Source of the DNA: Candidatus Bathyarchaeota archaeon
Lineage (GTDB): Archaea > Thermoproteota > Bathyarchaeia > Bathyarchaeales > Bathycorpusculaceae
Assembly (NCBI GenBank): GCA_963717465.1
Contig: OY970340.1
Span: forward strand, 1,152,001 to 1,216,000
Direction: 5' to 3'
DNA: 64,000 nt
The notes under the pieces were generated by a model. That model was not told the DNA's origin. It searched no databases and saw only the letters and a list, made by a program, of their open reading frames with translations. Position numbers and translations under genes: made by a program. Of this stretch, positions 53,845 to 61,851 are shown piece by piece. Numbering within the stretch: the stretch's first letter is position 1; every line of letters begins with the position of its first letter.

Positions 53845-54230
53845 CCCAAGACGAAATAGCAAAGATTCAACTAGCGCTGAGACATTAACGAAGCCGGGAA
53901 GCCATTAATTACATTACTTTTTAACTCTAATTTCTTGAATTAAAAGGCCAGCTGAATTTAGTTGCTTTCTTTAAGATGGACTGGTATGCACCTCAAATCA
54001 GAATTCGCTTTCTAAAAAATTTTGATTACCTCTATACTCAAATGTCGTGTTTTCCTACTAAGAATTAGACTAATAGAATTTTGCTGCCTGGCTAATTCAT
54101 CTTTCTGAAGGATTTTAAGCAATGTTTTTGTTTTTTTCGTGCGCGTATATGTGTCTTGTAAGCTGATTTTATTGCAATTTTGTAAACGTAGTTTAATGAA
54201 ATGCCCTATTTTGTGATAAAACATGAAACA

Positions 54231-54261
54231 GACTTAGAATTTAACCTTAAATATCAATTAG
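54231..54261 (+). promoter_or_regulatory. Conserved promoter/operator element upstream of the MttB-family gene
   Basis: GACTTAGAATTTAACCTTAAATATCAATTAG matches 59094-59124 at 28 of 31 positions and contains a TTAAATA TATA box. Confidence 0.75.
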
Positions 54262-54291
54262 GAACCACGTTATGTCGGAGTTGAAAAAAAA

Positions 54292-55866
54292 TTGAGAACT
54301 GGAGCAAATATAGCTAGAAGGTATACTCGCCCTATAGCAACGAGAGAAGAATTAATGACAATCCATACTGCTGCAATGTTTCTATTGGAAAAAGTTGGAG
54401 CCGGGGGTATTACTCCTAAACTTCAAAAAGTCTACAAGGATTTAGGCTGCACCATCGCTGACGAGAAGAAAGGAATCGTAAAGATACCTCAAAATCTTGC
54501 AGTTGAAGCAATAAATGCAATACCAAGTGAGCAGGTTTTGCCAGGTAGGACGCCAGAAAACGATATTCTGATGAATGCCGGAAGTGGAAGAACTTTCCGT
54601 GGAGGTTTCGGCATCATGGCTCTATATTCAAAGTTGAATACAGATAACTACCATTTTGAATTCAGAGACTGTGTTGACGCTGACAATTGGAGAGAACAGA
54701 AGATTGTTGAGTACTTCCCAGAGTACGACATGACAAGCCCAATTTTCCTGCCGATGGACTTGGCGGAAGCTGGTTTGCCCGTTGATACTCATGACCTTAA
54801 CAGCACTATTCAATGCAACACGAAGCACATTTGGCACATTGACGCGATTGACCACATCGAATGTTACACTGATTTGGCTGCTGAGGTTCTTGGAGGCATA
54901 GAAGAGCTTCAAAAGAGACCGTTCATTACTAACCATGGTGATACACCAGGTTTAGTTTATGGCCAAAAGACCAGTGACCGAATGAGTGGAACGTTGGAAG
55001 GTTGGGAAAAGGGTAGGCCTTTGCTTATAGATCATACTGATGTTTGCATACCTGGGTTCCAAGGTCCATGCACCTTAACTGGAGCTTACGCAGTGACTGT
55101 TGCCACATCCGCATCGATGGCAGTAGGTTTAGCCCTTGGAAAGAATGGAGTTGCAAAAGGACATATCCCTGTAATGACCTACGACCTAGTAATGCCTATG
55201 GATCCATACACTCAAATGCTATGCGCTTGTGCAGATTCATTCAGTAAAATGCTGGCTTTGCACGTAAACTTCTGGCACAACAACTATAATTTACCAAAAG
55301 CTACCATGTGGCCCGCATGTAACGTTGGAGGTACAGCAGCTGGTGGAGACACGCAAGCAGGCCTTCTAATTTACCATATGTTTAACGCCCACCAATCCGC
55401 TACGGATCAGTGTGGAGTTTGGTCCACAACTGTAGGTCCAAACGGAATCTGGCCCGACGGCTACGCGATAGCTGCTGAACTGCTTAAGATGCTTTCGTTC
55501 TATTTCAAAGATTTAGACTTTTCTCCCGAAGCTTATATGCAGGAAGGGTGGCTTGCTAAGGGTCCAAGAGGCGACTTCATGAAGGATAAATACACTCTAA
55601 CACATATGGTTGACACTGGCTTCTATCCTATGCGTCATGGTTATGGCTTATGGGAGTTGAGGCAATATCTGCGTTGGATCGAAGATAAACTTGGAATAAA
55701 TGACCGTGCACACGCTTTAACAAACAAGATCGTTAAGGAGTTCCCTGCCCCACTACCACCAAAAGATGTAGCTGACAGAATGCATGCAATAATCGCTAAA
55801 TACGACAAGATGTACCAGATTGGCGGCTACACAGTTGACAAAGTAGGAACTGGTGCAAGATTCTAA
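54292..55866 (+). CDS. MttB-superfamily (trimethylamine methyltransferase-like) corrinoid methyltransferase, no pyrrolysine
   Basis: EELMTIHTAAMFLLEKVG, VKIPQNL, GPCTLTGA and GPRGDFM...TL match the MttB fold pattern; no in-frame TAG; adjacent corrinoid protein. Confidence 0.85.
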   Translation: MRTGANIARRYTRPIATREELMTIHTAAMFLLEKVGAGGITPKLQKVYKDLGCTIADEKKGIVKIPQNLAVEAINAIPSEQVLPGRTPENDILMNAGSGRTFRGGFGIMALYSKLNTDNYHFEFRDCVDADNWREQKIVEYFPEYDMTSPIFLPMDLAEAGLPVDTHDLNSTIQCNTKHIWHIDAIDHIECYTDLAAEVLGGIEELQKRPFITNHGDTPGLVYGQKTSDRMSGTLEGWEKGRPLLIDHTDVCIPGFQGPCTLTGAYAVTVATSASMAVGLALGKNGVAKGHIPVMTYDLVMPMDPYTQMLCACADSFSKMLALHVNFWHNNYNLPKATMWPACNVGGTAAGGDTQAGLLIYHMFNAHQSATDQCGVWSTTVGPNGIWPDGYAIAAELLKMLSFYFKDLDFSPEAYMQEGWLAKGPRGDFMKDKYTLTHMVDTGFYPMRHGYGLWELRQYLRWIEDKLGINDRAHALTNKIVKEFPAPLPPKDVADRMHAIIAKYDKMYQIGGYTVDKVGTGARF

Positions 55867-55890
55867 GGAGACAAAGAAGAAGGAATCTTT

Positions 55891-56544
55891 ATGGTAACTA
55901 AGGCTGAAGTACTTGAGCACCTCGCTAAAGCAATTATTGATTATGATGAGGATAAGGCTGTTGTAGCGGCTAAAGAGGCTGTTGAGAATAAGCTGGAGAT
56001 TATGGATGCTATCGAGAAGGGCTTATCCGTGGGCATCAAAGAAGTTGGTGACCGCTTTGGCCGCTTCGAATATCCTCTACCCTACGTGATTATGGCTGCT
56101 AATGCGATGACTGCTGCAGTTAATTATCTTAAGGAAAAGTATCCCAAAGACAAGTTGCCAAAGGCAAAAGGAATAGTTGTAATTGGTACAGCGTTTGGTG
56201 ATATTCACAGTATTGGCAAGAACTTGATTGCTGATATGTTGCGTACTGATGGCTTTGACGTTTATGATTTAGGTGAAGAGATTCCGACTGAGGATTATGT
56301 GAAGAAGGCTGAGGAAGTTCATGCTGATATTGTTGCAATGGGCGCATTGATGACTAGCAGTATGTCCTATCAAAGAGCGCTGGTTGATACATTGGTTGAG
56401 CGTGGTCTTCGTAAGAAGTACAAAGTGCTTGTTGGCGGTACTCCGATGACTGATGATTTCTGCAAGCGGATTAAGGCTGATACTTGGGGTGCAGACTGCG
56501 GTGACGCAATCAAGAAAGCACGAATGCTCGTAGGCAAAACTTAA
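55891..56544 (+). CDS. Cognate corrinoid (B12-binding) protein
   Basis: Cap domain followed by GDIHSIGKN (DxHxxG), DLG and VGG motifs. Confidence 0.95.
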   Translation: MVTKAEVLEHLAKAIIDYDEDKAVVAAKEAVENKLEIMDAIEKGLSVGIKEVGDRFGRFEYPLPYVIMAANAMTAAVNYLKEKYPKDKLPKAKGIVVIGTAFGDIHSIGKNLIADMLRTDGFDVYDLGEEIPTEDYVKKAEEVHADIVAMGALMTSSMSYQRALVDTLVERGLRKKYKVLVGGTPMTDDFCKRIKADTWGADCGDAIKKARMLVGKT

Positions 56545-56626
56545 GCAAACCAACACAAACCAAAAAATCCAAAAACAAACATCTCTCCTCTTTTCTTTAA
56601 TGAAAAAAAATTAGGTGGGTAAAGTT

Positions 56627-57034
56627 ATGTCGTATGAAGAAAAGCTGTTGAATTTCGTCTATAAGCTGTACTCTATGCTCGGCGATAGCCCAGCAGTTAG
56701 TGAGCCGTTAAAAGATCAAGAAAAAGATGTAGTGGTTGAACTTCGTATCGAAGATGTTCCTGATGTTGTATGGCAGATTGGTTCAAAAAATAAAAAGTGG
56801 CTTGTAAATAAAGGTGCAACCGATACGCCAAGTGCAGTCCTGCAATATCTTAAGGTGAAATACTTAAATGATTGGTGGGCAGGCAAAATGAACTCTGAGA
56901 CATTGTTCTCATCAGGAGCTATGCAGATCGTGGAGGGCTCGTTTGATGATCTTATGTTCATGGCACCTGTGGAAGAACCGTTGAAAGTTGCTTATCAAAA
57001 GTTGAAAGGCGAGTTTCCAGGTCTACCAGAGTAG
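56627..57034 (+). CDS. SCP2 sterol/lipid-binding domain protein
   Basis: KGATDTPSAVL...WWAGKMNSETLFSSGAMQIVEG resembles the SCP2 C-terminal signature; start at ATG 56627. Confidence 0.7.
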   Translation: MSYEEKLLNFVYKLYSMLGDSPAVSEPLKDQEKDVVVELRIEDVPDVVWQIGSKNKKWLVNKGATDTPSAVLQYLKVKYLNDWWAGKMNSETLFSSGAMQIVEGSFDDLMFMAPVEEPLKVAYQKLKGEFPGLPE

Positions 57035-57134
57035 CCTGAAGGACTACAAATTCCCATACACTTTTTTTTTCTTTAACCAGCATGATTTATCTATCCACGA
57101 ATCAATAGGAAAGATCTCAAAATGCAGCAAGAAA

Positions 57135-57470
57135 GTGAGACCCAGTATGATAGAAATCTCGGGAAAGAAGATGATAGAAAATAAATGGGTAGAGAAAGAG
57201 GAAAATTTTAAAGTTTTGTTTTCTCTGATGTCGTTTGGCAATAAAAGTGATAGGGCGATTTCCAAAATATTAGGTTTTAATAACTCAATATTTTCTAAGA
57301 GAAGAAAGCTGGAGAAAATGGGTTATGTAAAAGAATATACTATAATACCCGACTTCTGTAAATTAGGATTCGAATTCGTCGTATTTACGTTAGCTTCAAC
57401 TACTAATGCTGTAAAATCAACGCAAATTGCTGAATTTTGTGCATTGACAAATAAACATCCTCAATGTTGA
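57135..57470 (+). pseudogene. Truncated Lrp/AsnC-like wHTH regulator paralogue
   Basis: ENFKVLFSLM...KSDRAISK...GYVKEYTIIPDF matches the downstream regulator but stops mid-domain. Confidence 0.7.
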
Positions 57471-57724
57471 TGCAAAAATAGCCTCTATTAACGTCTAAAT
57501 TAGTGTGTGCCAAGGATGGTATAATAATACATGATGAGAACTATATCTACTTTTTAACGTGCATAGAACATGATTGATTGTATCATAATCAAATAAGCAG
57601 TTGCTGCAAAAGTCATCGATTTTTTATTTTAACTCGCAGAAATGGCAGACAAAAAAAAGACAAAAAACTTAAATATAGTAAGGGCTTAAGTATAAATACT
57701 TTACGAGTAGTCTGTTGGAATAAA

Positions 57725-58882
57725 ATGATACAATTTGACGGGAAGACGCAAGAAAACCTTAAAGTTTTGTTTGCTCTAATGGCGTTAGGTGGTAAGAGCG
57801 ATAGGGCGATTGCTAAAGCTCTTGGGGTAAGTAATACAGCATTGTCTAGAAGAAGGAGGAAGCTGGAGCAAGAGGGCTATATAAAAGAATACACGATAAT
57901 ACCTAACTTTCATAAAATGGGACTAAATGTTTTCGTATTCGCATTAGCCTCAACTACTATGTGCTTAAAGCCAGAGCAAGAAAAAGCATTTGCTGAATTG
58001 ATGCAAAAACATCCTGAAATAATCTGCATGCTAGAGGATCAAGGCTTAACAGGAACAAACTGGGCTGGCATAACAGTACACAAGAGTTACGATGGTTTTA
58101 TTGAAATGTATAAAGAATTGCAAAAAGAAGCGTCTAGTATTCCACAAGTGCCTCTCTCAGTGTATACAGCTGTTTTTAATTCTGGCAAACAACACCCAGT
58201 ACCATTTTCGTTACGAAACATGGAACCGCTATTTCCAGGTGTCAAACTACTTCCAACTATTACCCCATCTTTGAGCGAGAAGGATACCTCTGAAGAAAAG
58301 ACGCAAGATAACCTGAAAGTTTTGTTTGCTCTAATGGCTCTAGCAGGTAAAAGCGATAAAGTGATTTCCAAAACTCTGGGTATGAGTAACTCAGCATTAT
58401 CTAGAAGAAGAAACAAGCTAGAGCAAGAGGGCTATATTCAAGAATACACTATAATACCTGATTTCCACAAAATGGGACTGGAAGTTATTGCGATTACATT
58501 AACCTCAACTTCTGGTACGATAACACAAGAGCAACTTAGAAATGTTCGTGACTTGGTGAGCAAGCATCCTGAAGTATTGTGCGTCCTTGAGGATCGAGGC
58601 TTAGCAGGAACAAACTGGGCTAGTATAACAGTACACAAGAATTATGATGGTTTCATTGAATTGTATAAACAAGTGGAAGAAGAATTATTGGCTTTGCATC
58701 GGGGTCAACAAATACCTCCTTATGAAACGCATACGATGATGTTTCATACTAGCAAACTGGCTCCAAAACCCATCTCATTACGAGACATTGAATCAATATA
58801 CAATACTGTCATTACTCTTCAAACTGCCAAACAATCGCTTCGTGTTGGGACTAGGAGATTTGATAAAAATAAAAGCTGTTGA
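57725..58882 (+). CDS. Lrp/AsnC-like regulator made of two tandem HTH plus effector modules
   Basis: KTQ.NLKVLFALMAL.GKSD..I...LG.SN.ALSRRR.KLEQEGYI.EYTIIP.FHKMGL occurs twice; start at ATG 57725. Confidence 0.88.
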   Translation: MIQFDGKTQENLKVLFALMALGGKSDRAIAKALGVSNTALSRRRRKLEQEGYIKEYTIIPNFHKMGLNVFVFALASTTMCLKPEQEKAFAELMQKHPEIICMLEDQGLTGTNWAGITVHKSYDGFIEMYKELQKEASSIPQVPLSVYTAVFNSGKQHPVPFSLRNMEPLFPGVKLLPTITPSLSEKDTSEEKTQDNLKVLFALMALAGKSDKVISKTLGMSNSALSRRRNKLEQEGYIQEYTIIPDFHKMGLEVIAITLTSTSGTITQEQLRNVRDLVSKHPEVLCVLEDRGLAGTNWASITVHKNYDGFIELYKQVEEELLALHRGQQIPPYETHTMMFHTSKLAPKPISLRDIESIYNTVITLQTAKQSLRVGTRRFDKNKSC

Positions 58883-59093
58883 TACTTAGAATGACCTGGC
58901 TGAATGACTTAATGTTCAGAATGTAGTTTTTTAATTTTTAAATTGATACTTGTTTGCGCTTTTCTCTTTTTTATTATTTAATTGAAAACCTAAAAAAGTA
59001 TGAATTTCAAATTGTGTCTAAAAAACTGTTTTTCATGCAATTTTGTCAATGGCAATCGTTGAAAGCCTTATTTTTGTGTCGAAAGTCGAAGCT

Positions 59094-59124
59094 GACCTAC
59101 AATTTAACCTTAAATATCCATTAG
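59094..59124 (+). promoter_or_regulatory. Second copy of the conserved promoter/operator element
   Basis: GACCTACAATTTAACCTTAAATATCCATTAG. Confidence 0.75.
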
Positions 59125-59174
59125 ACCGCATTTTTACTCTTGTGTTAGAAACACGTAAAAAATAGGGGATAAAA

Positions 59175-61490
59175 ATGAGTGAGGTTAAAATTGAAACAGA
59201 CCCAATGAAGTACGATGGAGTGCATAGATGCATTTGCGGTTTCTGCAGTACTGGAACTTGCTTATTGCTTGAGACGGTTGAAAACGGAAAAATAACTAAG
59301 GTTGAACCTGACTGGGAAAGCCCGTTTAATCCCGGGCCCTACTGTGTAAAATGGAAGTATGCTTTGGAATACATTTATCATAAGGATAGGCCGACCTATC
59401 CGCAAAAGAGAGTTGGTAAACGCGGTGAGGGCAAGTGGCAACGGATATCATGGGAACAAGCGTTCAATGAAATACACGCCAAGATAAAGGAAATAACTGC
59501 AAAGTACGGTGCCGAATCAATGTGTGGCTTCTTTGGCACCGGCCGAGCCGCACATTTAGGTCAGGGAATGTACCGATACTTTTACTTATCAGGCAGCCCA
59601 AACATTGCTTCTGGGCAGGTCGAGCACTGAGATGGACCCACGTTCGCAGCGTTAACGACAACCTACGGCGTGGGAACTACGAATCCAATGATGATTCCAG
59701 GTAAGACGAAAGGTATCTTTAATATTGGCTCGAATCCTATTGAGTCTTGGACGTTTGCGTGGCCAATATACCTTGCGGCCTTGGAGGCCGGCGCGAAAAT
59801 GCTCTGTGTCGATCCCAGATTTACGGAGACTGTGCGAAACAGTGAATTATGGCTAGCCATCAGACCGGGAACTGACACTGCTCTAATGATGGCCCTAATC
59901 AACGTTACCATTGAGGAGGACTTGTACGACCATGATTTTGTGGAGAAATGGTGCTTCGGATTTGACAAGCTCAAAGAACGAGCTAAGCAGTATACACCTG
60001 AGAAAGCTGCAGAAATAACATGGATTCCAGCTGAGAAGATCAGAGAGGCGGCAAGGTGGATAGCGAAAAATCATCCGTGTGATTTTCCATATGGTTACGG
60101 CATCGAATCATCAGGCAGGAACTCTATGAGCAATGTCCGATCAAAATACATTATGCCTGCGATAACTGGTAACATTGACATAGAAGGCGGCGATTACCTA
60201 CATGCAAGACCGAAACAACATAATGGTCTGGAAGCCATGGTACCATCAATAAATTTGACGGATCAAAGCATATTTCAGAAAATGATTGGGGCAGAAAAAT
60301 ACAGAGCCGGAACCTTTACGTTAATGGCTTTGCTTATGGAGGCAGGAATGGATAAAGGATATTGGAAGGGCTCTCCAGTTCCTGCGTTCTCGGGACCAAA
60401 TTGGCCCGCCACTATAGATACTATACTCACGGAAAAGCCCTATCCGATTAAGGTTATGATTGCTGGTGAAACAGGTCCGATGAGGTGTTATCCGAACATC
60501 AAAAAGGTATACGAGGCTATAAAGAAGCTTGATCTCTTCGTCTACATTGAAGACGCTCAAATGACACCCGAAGCAATGCTAGCAGATTATCTATTACCAA
60601 CCACCAGTCAATTTGAGAGACCTTCTGGCTATTCGACTATTACAAGTCAAGGCGCCATGGAATTTGAGATTGCAGGTGATCGCGCATTACCCAACAAAAT
60701 ACCCGGCTTGTGGGACCTTAAAGATGACTGGAACGTGTTCCGCGAACTCGCAGTGCGCTCAGCTCCTGAGAAAATTGAAGAGGCATGGCCTTGGAGAAAT
60801 TTGGAAGAAGCGCAGGATTGGTTCTATGAAAACACAGGCTATACGCGTCAGCAAATTGTTGAAGATTGGAAAGGTGTGGCACCATGGGAGCCCAGGTTTA
60901 AGAAGTATGCGGAGCCAGACCCAGAGACAGGTCAGCCAAGAGGCTTTGGAACATTTTCAGGCAAGGTTGAACTCTACAGCCAGATACTTGAAAAACTTGA
61001 CTATAATCCGTTGCCGTACTATACTGAGTGTGCTTGGACGCCGATCAGCGCTCCTGACATTGCTAAAGACTATCCATTAATCATGACTAGCGGAGCCAGA
61101 TTCCAGGAGGCGCATCATGGCGAACTACGACATATCAGCTTGATGCGAAAGCTACGGCCTGTTCCACGTGTCAAGATGCACCCACTGACAGCGCGTAACA
61201 TGGGCATTGGAGATGGTGAATGGGTTTATATCGAGACGCCACTTGGCAGATGCAAACAGACAGTACGGTACGATTTCGGAGTAAACCCGAAGATAATTGA
61301 TCCAGAGCATGGCTGGTGGAGACCCGAACTACCCGCTGAAGGACCAACACTATACGGCTGGCAAGACTGGAACATTAACGTCACCGTGCCTGATGACCCA
61401 GAGCATCTTAGCCCAGAGCTTGGTGCATGGTGCTTCAAGGCTAATCTTGCAAAAGTATACTCAGCAAAAGTTGGACCTACGGGGCCATAA
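59175..61490 (+). CDS. Mo/W-bisPGD oxidoreductase (DMSO reductase family, acetylene-hydratase/dehydroxylase-like) with in-frame TGA at codon 152 (candidate selenocysteine)
   Basis: N-terminal CGFC...C...C [4Fe-4S] motif; VDPRFT, RPGTDTAL, ITGNID.GG, ADYLLP and SGKVE motifs. ORFs 59175-59630 and 59670-61490 are in the same frame, separated only by TGA 59628-59630. Confidence 0.9.
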
Positions 61491-61520
61491 GAAGAAAAAT
61501 CATAATCTTCTTCTTTTTTT
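61489..61520 (+). terminator. Putative terminator
   Basis: AAGAAGA...TCTTCTT inverted repeat followed by a T-tract right after the stop codon. Confidence 0.5.
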
Positions 61521-61851
61521 GTTCTTGGTTTTCAATTAATTGTTTACTAACAAATGAATAATAATATATTAAAAAAGAAACCCATAAATCAAATTCCAGC
61601 TATTTCTGTTTCTTACTTGAATTGAATTTTTTTCATAATATTCATAATACTCCCAAAAGTAGATTGTAATTTGTGCTAAGGAAGATGCTTTTAACGCAAA
61701 AACGTAAATACTATTTAGTGAATTGCATAATTTTGTAAATATAGCTAAAACAGGTTAAAATCTAATTTTAAATATCTATCGATCATATACAAGTTCAATT
61801 TTGAGCTAAGGAAAACAAAAAAGGAGTTTACAAAACTAGAAGGAATCTGAA

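Noticed and set aside
54292..55866. Pyrrolysine-containing trimethylamine methyltransferase / methanogenesis marker
   Set aside because: The ORF is continuous with no in-frame TAG, and no pyl or mcr genes are in the window.
61491..61850. Archaeal or eukaryote-type SECIS in the 3' UTR of the Mo/W enzyme
   Set aside because: The region is AT-rich, with no convincing stem carrying GAA/A or AUGA/GA motifs seen by eye; a covariance-model search is still needed.
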